This document shows positions 14,069 through 27,411 of a stretch of 64,000 bases of DNA, one piece after another; within the stretch, counting starts at the first letter, position 1, and every line of letters starts with the position of its first letter. Source of the DNA: the human T2T-CHM13v2.0 reference genome, Homo sapiens. The position numbers were made by a program, and so were the translations under genes. Below the pieces are notes generated by a model. That model made no database searches. It was not told the DNA's origin and saw nothing but the letters and a program-made list of their open reading frames with translations. The DNA lies in the NCBI RefSeq assembly GCF_009914755.1, contig NC_060925.1, one strand, 5' to 3'.

Positions 14069-16243
14069 ACAATGGTGGTTCTTTACAACCATATCTTTTG
14101 AGATTATAAAACATTTTTCCCAATTACAAAAGTAATATAAATTCATTGAAAAAACAGATTAAAAGTAAAACATTAAAACTAATCTGTAGATTCACCATCA
14201 AGATAGCCATCACCATCAGTTTATATCCACTAATTTTTAAAATATTTTAACCATTGTTAAATGTACAATTCAGTGGCATTAAGTAAATTCACAATGTTGT
14301 ACAACCATCACTACTATTTATTTCCAAAACTTTTTCATCACCCAGATACTCTTCCTTAATTTTTCAGGCATATTTTATATATTTGAAACTTTTTTCAAAA
14401 TTTGAGTCAGTGTTGTATTGTATAAAGCTTCATCCTTTCTGTTCAAAATCATGTATTTTGTAATTGTTTTAAAGTTTTTATTAAAGTATAACATACATAT
14501 GAAAAAGTGCACAAATCTTAAGTGTACAACTTGATAAAGTTTCAAAGTCAACATATCTGTAAAACTACAACTCTGATCAAGTATCTCAGAAGCATACCCT
14601 TTCCTGGGAACTACCTCCCCTCAAAGTCAGTATTCTGACTTCTGACAGTGCAGTTTAAAAAATTTTAATTAAATGCAATGTTATGATTAGAAACATAGGT
14701 TTTGGGGTATGACAGACATGCGTTCAAATCCTGGGAATTAGGCAAATGACAGTCTTTATGAATTTCAGTTTCCTCATAGGAATAGAGCCGATAACATCTT
14801 CCTCACAGCATCCTTCTATAAGATGCAGAATGTTTTTAGGTGGGCCGCCACACCACACTGCTCTACCTTCCTCTCTGGATCACGCCAGCTGCCTAGTCAG
14901 TTCTGATGAGAGAACCTGAATACTTGGTTGCTGGTGCAGGATTCACATGCTAATTATGGTTCTTTTTGATGGGAGACTCTGCTTCTAATCGGCCATCTTG
15001 GCGCTGTCCCTGACGCCACTTAGCAAATGCTGACACTTGGTCAGCACTCAGTGACAAGTGCTGAGCATTGATCCTCATGCTATATGTAATACTGTGATCA
15101 ACATATGACAGCTGTTGGTGTTATCATTTTTGTTATGATTATTCCTTTTCGCCTACTTTAAATCAGAACTTAATGTGATATTTCTTGGTTTTCTCTCCTT
15201 TTCTCCCTTTAATCCACCTGTCTGCTTGCTTTCTGTTTTGACATTTCCCTGCATAGTATAACAGATGCTACATTATTGTCTGAATTCAACCAATTATATT
15301 ACAGAAGAATAAACAACAGTAGCTCGTTACTTCATTCATTATACAGACAATGTCTGCTCCTCAATGTATACAGTCTCCAGGGCTTTTCCCCAGAAAGAAA
15401 ACAGACCTCATACATCCCACACCAATGGACCAATGTGGAAAACAATGAAGAGATACGAGGTAAATCAGCAACCTTGAGATTTGAATATCCAACAGTTCTA
15501 CTGCCAAAAAAATAACAAAAATACATCAGTAGTTCAGTTTCAAACATACTGGCTAAGAGCAAGGGCCTCCTGTAAGCAAACACTGTTGTAAAACAACAAC
15601 ATAAAGGACACCTACACTCAAACGAGTCATGGTTAACACCAGTGTTAAACTTCAGTTTGATTTGCTCAACAAATATAGTTTATTTGCATTATTTTTGGTT
15701 TGTAATAAAACAAGGAAACCTGGTATAAGTTAGAAATATGAACTGATCTGGTACTTTTTTTTCTACTAAAAATATGTGAGTATTTAAAGCATATCTGAGG
15801 GATGAGAAATGGGGCTATTTTTTGAAGTGAAATTAGGCAGTGAAAATAGATACCCACAAAAGACTGTCACTACAAGGTTACATTTTTTAAACAGAAAGAA
15901 TAATACACACTTACAACAGTCTCTTACAATAAGAATCAAAGACTGCCTTAATTTACTTATATACACAGATGTATACATAAATATATACACACAAAACAAC
16001 CTCTAGGTTTCTATGAGTATGTATAAATAACGGTTTATAGCTGGCTGAGGCACAGTGTTAAATAGGCTAAAGCTAACATTCATTAATTCCATGAATTCTT
16101 ACTGAGCATCTTCTATGAGTCAGGCATTGTTCTAAATGATGGCAAAATAGCAGTGAACAAAATAGATAAAAAATTCTGCCTAAATGGAGCCTACATTCTA
16201 GTAGGGTAGGGATAAAGACAACAAAGACACACATAAGAAAAGA

Positions 16244-17251
16244 TAGTATGTGCCACATAGGGACTTTTCAGTCAACGATGGACTGTATAAACCATGGAGG
16301 TCTCGTAAGATTATAACGGAGCTGAAAAATTCCTATTGCCTAGTATTTAGTGCACTATACTTTTATTTGTTATTTTAAGGTATACTCCTTCTACGTATTT
16401 TTTAGAAAAGTTAACCATAAAACAGCCCCAGGCACGTCCTTCAGAAGGTATTCCAGAAGAAAGCATTGTTATAATAAGAGATGACAGCTCCGTGTGTGTT
16501 ACTGCCCCAAAGACTTTCCAGTGGACAAGATGTGAATATGGAAGACAATGATATTGATGATCTAGACCTTGTGTAGGCCTAGCCTAATGTGCATGTATCT
16601 TAGTTTTTAATAAAAAGTTTAAAAAGAAGGAAAAATTTTTAATAGATAAAAACTTATAGAATAAGGATATAAAGAAAGAAAAATTTTGGACAGCTGTACA
16701 ATGTGTGTTTTAAGCTATTACAAAATAATCAGAAAGTTAAAAAAATTAAGTTTACATAAAGTAAAAAAGTTATAGTAAGCTAAGGTTTATTCATTGCTGA
16801 AAAAAGAAAAAAAGTAAACCTAGTGTGGCCTAAGTGTACAGTGATTATAAAGTCCGCTGTAATGTAATGTCCTAGGCCTTCATATTCACTCACCACTTGC
16901 TCACTGAGTCACCCAGAGCAACTTCAGTCTTGCAAGCTTCATTCATGGTAAGTACCCTACACAGGTGCAACATTTTTTATCCTTTGTACTGTACCTTTTT
17001 ATCATTTTTATTGTACCTTTTCTACATTTAGATATACAAACACTTACCATTGTATTACAGTTGCCTGCAGTATTCAATACAGTAACATGCTGTACAGATT
17101 TGTAGCCTAGGAGCAACAGGTTATACCATATAATAGCCTAGGTGTGTAGCAGGCTATACTATCTATGTTTGTGTAAGTAAAGTCTAGGATGTTTGCACAT
17201 CAACGGAATTGCCAATGACACATTTTCCCATCCTTAGGTGATACAAGACTA
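16244..17251 (+). mobile_element. Tigger3-family (Tigger3b-like) non-autonomous DNA transposon
   Basis: Start tagtatgtgccacatag...cagtcaacgatggac...taagattataacggagctgaaaaattcctattgcctagt and end gtgtaagt...gatgtttgcac...ttaggtgatacaagacta match the Tigger3 termini. Confidence 0.88.
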
Positions 17252-17594
17252 TATCATTTTTCACAAAGTGGTGAGTGCTATGGAGGGAGTGCAGGGAATG
17301 CTGGTAGAAGGTGGGGGGAGGGGTAAAATTTTAAATACTGTAAACCTCAGTAAGCAAAGGTCTAAAGGAAAGAGGGTTCCACATGGATATTTAGATCTAA
17401 AAGAAGTATATTATAGGCAGGAGTCACAGTAAGTAGCAAGGCCCAGGTGCCTGGCTTGACTGAAGAATAGCAAGGCAGCCAATGTGGCGGGAATGGAATG
17501 AGCAAGGGGAGAGGGGTAGGAGTTAAAGTTACAGTGGAAACAAAGGAGAGGGGTGATTAGATCATATATGGCTTTGGGAAGGACAATTAATAAT

Positions 17595-19150
17595 TATTTT
17601 CCTATTTTAAAATTAAGGTATAATTTATATACAGCAAACTCTATCCTTTTAAATGTACAGTTCTGTGAGTTTTGACAAATGCATATATTTGCATAAGTAC
17701 CATCACCAACAAAGAAGAGTTCTATTACCTCTCTCCCCGTTCAAATTTCTTCATCCCTAGCTCCTAACCTCTAATCTTTATTCTGATCCTAGTTTTGTGT
17801 TTTCCAGAATGTTATATAAATGTAACCATAAATGTTACATAAATGACTTCCTTCACTTAGCATAATATATTTGAGATTCATCCATGTTGTTGAATATATC
17901 AGTAGTTTGTTTCTATTTATTGCTGAGTAGTATTCCATTGTATAGATACACATACAGCTTGATGACCCCTTCTCCAGTTGAGGGACACCTGAGCTGTTTC
18001 CAGGTTTAGATGACTACAAATAAAGCTGCCAAAAACATTTTCATACATATTTTTGTATGAATGTAAACTGCTTTATGTGAAAGCAGTTTACTGTTACTTT
18101 CATTTCACTTGTGTAAATACATACCTAGGAGTGTGACTGCCGGGTCATATGGTATATGCATGTTTAACTTTACAAGAAAGTTTCAAGCTAATTTCCAAAG
18201 TGGATGTGGATGTACTATTTAGCATTCCCGTCATTAATGTGTAAGAGTTCAGTTGCTCCTCATCTTTGCCAGTACTTGGTATTGTCCCTTTTTCTTTTAA
18301 AAAGTCTTCTAAAAGGTGTACATATATTGTGGTTTTAATTTGTATCTCCCTAACGGCTAAAAATTTTGAGCATATTTTGATGCACTTATTTGCCTTCTGT
18401 ATATTTTCTTTGATGAAGTGTCTTTTAAATATTTTGCTCATTTTAATACTTGGGTTGCTTTCTTATTATTGAGTTTTGAGAGTTCTTTTTGTATTCTGGA
18501 CATCAGATATATGATTTTCCCCTTGTCTGTGGCTTGTTTTTTCAATTTCCTAGCAGTATTTTATAAATAGTACAAGTTTCTAATCTTGATAAAGTCTAAT
18601 TTACATATTTGTTATTTTATAGGTTGTGTCTTTGGTGTCAGATCTAAGAAATCTTTGCCTGACTCAAGGTCATGAAGATTTTCTCCTACGTTTTCTTCTG
18701 GGACTTGAATAGTTTTAGATTTTACATTTAGGTCTATTACCCATTTTGAGTTAATTTTTGCTTGTGATGCAATATATGAATTGAAGCATTTTAAAACTGG
18801 TTTTCTATGGGATTTTTTTTGGATATAAATATTCAATTGTTGCAGCATCATGTGTTGAAAAGACTATCCTTTCCCCATTGAATTGCCTTTGTATCTCTGT
18901 TGAAAATCAATTGACCATATATGTGTGGGTCTATTTCTGGACTCCATTGATTCATGGGTCCATTTTTTTTTGTAAATACCACTATGTCTTGATTATAGTA
19001 AGTCCTGCACTCTAGTAACGTCCAACTTTGTTTTCTTTTTCAAAATTGTTTAGACTATTCCAGTTCTATTGCTTTTTCATATAAATTTAAGAATCAGTTT
19101 ATCAATCTCTATAGAAAATCTTGTAGATATTTGATTAGAATTACTGTAAG
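17595..19150 (-). mobile_element. L1M (L1MC/MD-like) 3' UTR and ORF2 end
   Basis: aaatgtacagttctgtgagttttgacaaatgcata 3'-end motif; degraded ORF2 peptides in ORFs 18145..18441 and 18612..18851. Confidence 0.88.
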
Positions 19151-20466
19151 AATTCAGGTTTTATTTTGAGATGTAAGCCACTGCAAGTTTTTGAAGTGAC
19201 ATGATGTGACAAATGATTTTTAAAGGATTTATTAAGACTATAGGAAAGGCAAAAATGGAGATGTGGAATCAAGTTGGGAGGCTACTAAAGTAATCCAGAT
19301 AACAGACAATGGTGGCTTAGATGAGGGTGATAGTGGTGGAGTTAAACATTTAAGTTCTGCATATATTTGCAGAGCCCACAGGATTTACTCATTAAATATG
19401 GATGTAAACGAGATAAGTCAAGGATAATTCCAAGGTTTCTGGCTCTAACAACTGGAAAGATTTTCCATTTACTGAGATAGGGAAGACTGCAGAAAGAGCA
19501 GGTTTGGGTGGGGAGGGTAGGATCAGTTGTGCAATTTAAAACATATTAAGTTTCTGATGTATATGAGACATCTAAGTAGACATGATGGGCCAGCAGTTAG
19601 ATATTCAAGTCTGGAGTTCAGGGAAAGGGAGGAGCTGGAAATATAAATCTGGGAGTCAAACGTATAGACAATATAATATAGCCATATAATATAGTCAATA
19701 TAATAGTCATAATACTGGATGAGATCACCAAAGGAGTAGAATGGATCCCATATAGAGACAGTTGATTTGACCCGATTCTGCAGTCAATCTCTATTCCTGG
19801 CAACCTGGAGAGTATGGATAGCTTACTACTCTACTACTATGACCTCATTTCTGGATAAAGTAAGTAAGGCAAATGATCATATTTCCTAAATCAAAATTCA
19901 AATAGATGATTTTTGCTTGCTTCTGGATATAAAGAACAGTCTGTAGGCTGTGATTTGGACACCATGAAGCTAGAATTTCTGGACTGTTTTAATGGTTCAT
20001 GAGAACAACGGAACACTTCAAACTGAAAGTACTGAAGAAATAGTGGATATACATATATATATAGTCTCCATAATTATAATAAGGTATATTTATGTATTGG
20101 CACCTACCTTATTGAATTGTAAAAATTCAATAAGATAATTAATGCCTATAAAGTGATCACCACTGAGTTTAGCACATATTAATTGTGCGATAGTGGTGAT
20201 AATGCCAATGATGATGATGACAGGGATGATTATAATTATGGCCCAGTGTGGACAAAAGCAACTTACATAAGATAAAAATACAAATTATAAAGAGCAGTTT
20301 TACCTTAATAACCAATTTATGGTCCCACCTTCATTCTTTGAATTTGGATTAATAAGTAGAATGAATACTGGATAGAAGCTCTGGTTCTGCTTTTATCAGG
20401 CTTATACGTTAGGTAAAAATTTAAAAGTAGGCTTAAAAATATCTTTTTAAAACTATTGTTTTTTTT

Positions 20467-20721
20467 AACCAAACACCACATGTTCTCACTGATAGGTGGG
20501 AATTGAACAATGAGAACACTTGGACACAGGAAGGGGAACATCACACACCGGGGCCTGTCGTGGGGTGGGGGGAGGGAGGAGGGATAGCATTAGGAGATAT
20601 ACCTAATGTAAATGACGAGTTAATGGGTGCAGCACACCAACATGGCACATGTATACATGTGTAACAAACCTGCATGTTGTGCACATGTACCCTAGAACTT
20701 AAAGTATAATAAAAAAAAGAA
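20467..20721 (+). mobile_element. L1PA (PA4/5-like) 3' fragment, ~250 bp
   Basis: Close match to the L1PA 3' UTR ending cctagaacttaaagtataataaaaaaaa. Confidence 0.95.
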
Positions 20722-20879
<158 letters not shown>

Positions 20880-20945
20880 TAAATCCTGCTATAATCTTAC
20901 TTTCATCCTCTGTAAAACAGTAATAATAATATCATCCTTACCAAT

Positions 20946-21273
20946 TGTATTAGTCTGTTTGCACACTGCTACAAAGAACTACCTGAGGCTGGGCGCGGTG
21001 GCTCACACCTGTAATCCCAGCACTGTGGGAGGCCAAGGCAGGCAGATCAGGAGGTCAGGAGATCAAGACCATCCTGGCTAACACGGTGAAACCCCGTCTC
21101 TACTAAAAATATAAAAAATTAGCCAGGCGTGGTGGCAGGTGCCTGTAGTCCCAGCTACTCAGGAGGCTGAGGCAGGGGAATCACTTGAACCCAGGAGGCA
21201 GAGGTTGCAGTGAGCCGAGATTGTGCTACTGCACCACTGCACCCCAGCCTGGGCAACAGAGCGAGACTGTCTC

Positions 21274-21304
<31 letters not shown>

Positions 21305-21659
21305 AAAAAAACAAAAAAACAACCTGAGACTGGGTAATTTATTAAGAAAAGAGGTTTAATTGACTCACAGGCTTAACAGGAAGGATGACTGGGAGGCCTC
21401 AAGAAATTTACAATCATGGTGGAAGGCGAAGGGGAAGCAAAGCCCTTCTTCACATGGTGGCAGGGGAGAGAGAGAGAGAACAACGGAGGAAGTGCCACAT
21501 TTTTAATCCATCAGATCTTGTGAGAACTCCATCATGAGAACAGCAAGGGGAAATGGCGCTCCCATGATCCAATCACTTTCCAGCAGGCCCTTCCTTCAAC
21601 ATGTGGGGATTACAATTTGATATTAGATTTGGGTGGGGACACAGAGTCAAACCATATTA
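20946..21659 (-). mobile_element. MaLR solo LTR (THE1D/MSTA-like), interrupted by an Alu
   Basis: tgtattagtctgttt...gggtggggacacagagtcaaaccatatta; 5-bp TSD ccaat at 20941-20945 and 21660-21664. Confidence 0.92.
20987..21320 (+). mobile_element. Alu (Sc8/Y-like) within the LTR
   Basis: gagatcaagaccatcctggctaacacggtg diagnostic stretch; long A tail; acctga repeated on both sides. Confidence 0.93.
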
Positions 21660-22126
21660 CCAATTTTGTAGAGTGGTTGTGAGGTGAAACAGAAAACTGA
21701 AGAGGAAGTGCCAAGGTTTCTAATTCCATGTTCTTCTGTTTTCCCACTTAGTAGTCATTAATATTACTTAATATTTTCTACTTAAGGTGGCACGAAGGCA
21801 TAAAAGGAAACAGTTTGGGTAGACAGGCAAAAATTAACTTTTCTTTCTAGAGAACCATCAGCAAAAGGGAATAGCTTAGTATCTATTTTAATTCACCCAA
21901 GATTCGCCAAAATTCAGGCCTTTTAGCCATAGCTCTAATAATTCGACTGTGTTCTAAGTTTGTTCATTTACTGTTCCCTGAGCAAGCCCTGTGCCGTTCC
22001 CCTTTTGTTCATGACTACTCTTGCACTTCCCTTTGGTGTCCATCCAACCATCCATCCATCTATTCATTAGTCCAGACAAAATGCTCTTCTACTTCATCTT
22101 TAACCATCAAAGTCTGTGAAGTCTTT

Positions 22127-22159
22127 TTTTTTTTAAATTCACATCTCTACGGGCGCACC
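22127..22159 (-). mobile_element. 33-bp retroposed micro-insertion (25 nt plus oligo-A), source unidentified
   Basis: gtgaagtcttt at 22116-22126 and 22160-22170 flanks T8 + aaattcacatctctacgggcgcacc. Confidence 0.7.
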
Positions 22160-22660
22160 GTGAAGTCTTTCTTGTTGCCTTCCTAGTTAGATATCAGCTT
22201 CCTCCAAATAAACATCCTGTGCTATTTTAGTGGTTTTTATAATGTATGGTATCTTTTCCTGTAGTGATTTTGCATTTGTCTACCCTCTTGCATTAGACAG
22301 TAAGCTCCTTGAGGGCTGGACTATGCCTCGCACCTACAGCATAATGTCCACAGCACCTGATTTAATAATTTGCACACAGAAGGAGATTAACTAAATATTT
22401 GCTAAATATTGAGTGAATAAAAGATCTGAGACTCAAAAACCTTAGCTGAAAATTTCTCTGCTTACCAAAAACTCAGTAGAAAAAGGCAGTACTCAGGAAG
22501 GCTTTCTTGGAGTATATATATTTCACGCATTTCTCTAGTTACTATAAAGTCCATCCCTTAATCAGAAAAAATGTAGTATTTGGGCCTTTGCAGGGATGAT
22601 TTTACTATATTGTACTTTAGCCTTATGATTTAGAATTACATTTAAAAAGTTTTAAGGAGC

Positions 22661-22707
22661 TGTCATACATAACTTGCCATTGTCACACATAACTTGCCAT
22701 TGTCACA
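22661..22707. repeat. 20-bp tandem repeat x2.3 (tgtcaYacataacttgccat)
   Basis: Read directly. Confidence 0.95.
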
Positions 22708-23557
22708 GTAGCTATTAGATATAGTTGGGGTTAGTATTCACTACATTGCACAGCTTCCTCTTGAACAGGAATATAGGAAACGTTGCTCTAAAATCTCATT
22801 GCTAGAAAATGTGGAAAAATTCTGAGAAACTAGCCTTCAGATCTGATGTTACGCACAAAGTAAAACTTGTAAACTATCATATTTTCCTTTGTTTTGGCCC
22901 AAGATAAGTATAGAACAGATTTTATGGAACAAATGTACAGCACCCTATCACATGGATTTGGTGCTTGTGCTAGATTATCTGTTGTCAACATGTTAGTCTT
23001 ATCTTTGGCATTATCTTCCTTTGTCCTTTTCCTTTATTTCTATATCTACTCTTTCTTAATCCCTTTGAATTGCATGTATTCATGTAAGTTTCTTGAAACT
23101 GATTTTGGAAAGAATAAGTACATATATAAATTAATAAAACAGGAGATCTTTGCTGTTGTTTTTCCCTCAGAATAGTCTTACAGCCTTTCTCCTTATTAGG
23201 GCCAATGACCAGATCAATATACTTTTCTAGATGTTTGATTTCACTCCAACAGTTATCACACAGCAAAATGAGGCTAACCATTAAGGAATTTCCCTGCAAC
23301 CAAGGTGATTTTACTGTTCAATACTTCTTTTTTCTAAAGGATCTTAGAATATTGAAGATAATCAAAACAATAAAACCACTCTTGTTTCTCAATGTAATTA
23401 TATGGGTTAGGATTTCCAGTTAGAAGACAGGTAGTGTTGCTGTGAAAAGTCAGGTGACCCGGCTTCTGATCCAGATTAGGTGTTCAACCAGTTTGGTGAC
23501 CATAGGTAAACCATATAATCTTTCTGGGTCTCAGTTTCTTCAGAGGTTGCACAATAC

Positions 23558-23765
23558 CAGCTTTTCCCAAACAGTGGTTTGTGATACACTAGGGTGCCAT
23601 GATATGTTAATTGTTGTTCCATTTAAAAAAGGGGCAAATAAGTTTGGATAAGATTGGACTAAATGAAAATAAACCATTTCTTAATGGTGGGATTTATAAG
23701 AGCCTTTGTGACACTTGGTTAAGGGAGAATAGAGTGCATAGTATTATCCAAACTTGCATTTTATG
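23558..23765. mobile_element. MER103C-like hAT-Charlie remnant
   Basis: cagcttttcccaaa...aaaaaaggggcaaataagtttgga...agagcctttg...ccaaactt resembles the MER103C consensus. Confidence 0.65.
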
Positions 23766-25686
23766 GGAGCATATCAATAGAAAAGTTTAAGTAATGACTA
23801 GGTGCAAAATATGGCCTGTCCTCTCCCCCACTGTACCCCAACCTCTCACATGTTAACAGCTGGAATGCATATACTGAATTATGTTTATAGGGTCTTCTGT
23901 AAGATGATGGGCTTTTATCTACATTTGGAAAGAAAGAAAGTTTCAGCTCATGGTAAATTAGATAAATCATCAGATGAAATTACATACGCTGCCAAGCTTT
24001 AGATCCAGAACACTGAGTTAATTGTGTACCCTTGACATTTTAGCAAGCCAGTATGGTTGACGATACACTAATACACACACAAACACACACAGAGCTAGAG
24101 AGTGTGTGCATGTGTGAACGACAGCATAAAGGAGCAAGAATCCTAAACTATATTTCTTGAAATAGCCTAAAAGGATAGTGACTAATTTCTCCCTTATCTA
24201 AACTTTTGTGAAACTTGGCATATATGACTCCTGTGGACACAATGATATAGGGTTTTGTACTGGAATGGAGTATGAGAAACAGCTTTATAGTCATAAAGTC
24301 CTGGATGAGAATCTCAGCTGTTCTCATTTTTGTATGTGTAACTCCTCAATGAACTTCAGTTTTTTTCACTTATAAAGATAAATCTCTAACCTTGTAGCTT
24401 GTTTTAATGGTTAATTGATAAGCATACGTAAAGCAGCTAGCAAACTATTTAATACACAGAAGACATTCAACAAAATATTTTCTACCTTCCATTATTGACA
24501 GTCCTCAGAGTGCAGACTAGGGTTTGTCAGGCATAATATCTTGTATATATGTGATAGATACTCACAACAGTTTTGACATGAATAAACTTTGATTTCCAAA
24601 CAGTTAAGTTTCACTTATCTTTTAAGACCTGACTCAAATATTACTTCATCTGTACATTGTCTGATTATCTCAGCTGTAAAAGATTTTTCCTTTGGCCTTG
24701 AACTCTCTAAGTATTTTGCTTTTATTTCTATGTCATTTAGCACATTTTTTCTTGATTTGCTGTTACTCCTAGACAGGCTGTATATTCCCTCTAAGATGTA
24801 ATATCTTCTTATAGGCAGAAAACGTTTTATTATCCTTTGTTTCCCTGGCAGTGCTCAGCACAGGTCTTCTTCAAAAAACATTTGTTAAACAAGTGAAAGT
24901 GGTGTCATACTTTGACTGAGAGTAATAACTAACAGAGTTTTCCTCAACCCCAGTTAGGGCCCTTCAGGCCTTTCCATTGCTTGTTAGATGGCTTCCTCTT
25001 TTTATAAGTGAATCTTGCCATTAATCCTACATCTGGAAAAAAGTTCTGAATGTTCTTTTCTATGAAGCCAGCCTAGGAAGTCATTTGACCCCCATTCTGT
25101 TTGTGCCTACTGCACCTTAGGCATACCTCTATAATAACGTTTACATACAGTATTATAATTCTATTTTTATAAGAGTAGGAACTCCTGGAGAGCAGGATCC
25201 ATGTCTGCATCACTGTTCCCTAACAGATTTGGAGCACATAGTACATATCCCAAAAATGTTTGCAAAATGAGTGAATGAAGAAAAATCCTCTATATTGCTA
25301 TGGACATGACATGAACTCATGGAAAAAATCAATGAAGCTAAATGAATTTCCCATATTTGGGAGCTCAATGCAAGATGTTACAAAAGTAACTCACAGTATC
25401 TTTTGGTGGGTAAAGTGAAGACTGTGGAAGGGAGAAGAGATACAATCTTTCTATTCTTAGGGTGAAACAATATGCAGGAAGGATGAGAAATATTTGCCAA
25501 CAAATATTTGTTGGCAACAAAAGGCAAAGATTATAGAAAATCATGAATCTAGTACAAGATCAAGTTTTCTAAGAGTTCCATACAACAGATCAGGAATAAT
25601 TAAGGAAACGTTAGGTCTTCCATACTAAAATGAGTCTAGGAAAAGTAGAGAGAAATAAGTTGTAAGAAATATTAACAGTTTTGCAG

Positions 25687-25993
<307 letters not shown>

Positions 25994-26118
25994 GGAAGGA
26001 AGGAAGGAAGGAAGGAAGGAAGGAAGGAAGGAAGGAAGGAAGGAAGGAAGGAAGGAAGGAAAAAGAAAGAAGGAAGGAAGGAAGGAAGGAAAGGAAGGAA
26101 GGAAGGAAGGAAGGAAGG
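25994..26118. repeat. (GGAA)n microsatellite derived from an Alu tail; first perfect run about 17 units
   Basis: Read directly; ends ~80 bp from the FAF1 donor at 26197. Confidence 0.97.
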
Positions 26119-26197
26119 TAGGTTAACAGCTTCAGTATCAAATACAGTGGAAATACAACCCAGCTTTTGAATAACTTTTCTTAAAATTATGCCCCAC

Positions 26198-26275
26198 CTC
26201 ACGTTCCTCTTCTTGTTCTTTGCGAATCTGCTCCAAACGAAACTGTTCTGCCATCTCTCTCTCGTGAGCTTCCCT
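26198..26275 (-). CDS. FAF1: FAF1 internal coding exon (78 nt, REAHEREMAEQFRLEQIRKEQEEERE; probably exon 17)
   Basis: Minus strand ttttatcaacag|AGG GAA GCT CAC...GAA CGT GAG|gtgggg; 26 codons, phase 0/0; continuous peptide with the flanking exons. Confidence 0.95.
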
Positions 26276-27330
26276 CTGTTGATAAAACAGAAAAGGAACA
26301 AGCACTTAACACATACTTGTTTACAAAGAAAGAGAGAAATAAGGAAAGAGAAAAAAGAAAAGAGGAAAGAAAGAGTATGTGACATTCAAAGGCTCATTGT
26401 CAACATGACTCAGAGGTATATTGTGGTAACGGAAATGTTTCTAGAACAAGAATGGAAATGAAAGCAAAAACAAAGCATAGGTCTCTGATAATGTTAGGTT
26501 CCTATTCAAATACCTTTGATAGCTCTGGGTAAAGTGGCATTCAAGATCCTTCAGGACATCCTTTGGTCTTCCTTTCTGACCTTTTCTATCTACCCTGTAC
26601 CCAAATCTAAAGCTATTTAATCAGCCTCTATCCATCCTCCATGCATTCTGGACCCTTGATGCTAGCTTATACTGTTTCCTCTTCCCTCCTACTGCTCTTT
26701 CTCTGTCCAGTTCACATATACCATCTCTTCTTTGAAACATTCCCAGTATAGTCCCACTCCCTGGCTCTCCAAAAAAAACCTGGAAAAAAATTTCCACTGA
26801 AACTCCTACTCACTGAACTCTCACAGAACTCAGTGCTTCCCTTAGGACATTTAGGATTCTTGGCTTATGTTACAGCTACTTGTGTTCTTTACTTAATCAA
26901 CTCTACCACATTGTGAAACTTCCTTTGAGAGCAGAAACTGTGGCCTATTCACTTCTCTCTCCTTCAAAGCTCAACACAGAAGCAGGTGCTTAAGTAGTAT
27001 TCAATAAATCAATAGTTCCCAACCCTGACTGCACATGAGAATCACCTAAAGAGCTTTCCAAAAATTGCTGGTTTCTATCATAGACCAACTAAGAAACAAA
27101 TGAGATAGATACTAGGTTCATCTTTGTTCTCATTTTTCATGAAACAAACTTTATTTTGTCAAAATGAACCATGCTTTAATAACCATGGATAGGATTATAT
27201 TCTTTCTGTTAACTAAATCTAGCTTTCTCTATTGCAAACCCAGTATTTTTAGGGATCAAAGTGATAAAGGTTGGCATTTAAATAATGAACAATTGAGTTC
27301 TTTATCCCAGAAGTACTTGACCAAGCCTAC

Positions 27331-27411
27331 CTTTGCTCTGTCAGCCTCAAGTGAAAGGCGATAGGCCTCATCTTGCTCTCTCTTCACATTTTCTCTGGCT
27401 TCACGTTCATC
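27331..27411 (-). CDS. FAF1: FAF1 internal coding exon (81 nt, DEREARENVKREQDEAYRLSLEADRAK, coiled-coil region; probably exon 16 of 19, numbering from memory)
   Basis: Minus strand reads ttctttaag|GAT GAA CGT...GAC AGA GCA AAG|gtaggc; 27 codons, phase 0 at both ends; peptide matches the FAF1 coiled coil and joins in frame to the next exon. Confidence 0.95.

Larger units (their letters stand above)
16075..19750 (-). mobile_element. L2 split into three pieces (~16075-16243, ~17252-17585, ~19150-19750) by Tigger3 and L1M insertions
   Basis: L2 3' end (cattcattaattc...actgagcatcttctatg) and colinear L2 body resuming after each insert; parallels the L2 at 1065-2190. Confidence 0.75.

Noticed and set aside
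22661-22707. Short direct repeats as a CRISPR-like array
   Set aside because: Eukaryotic intron, two to three adjacent copies, no spacers and no cas genes.
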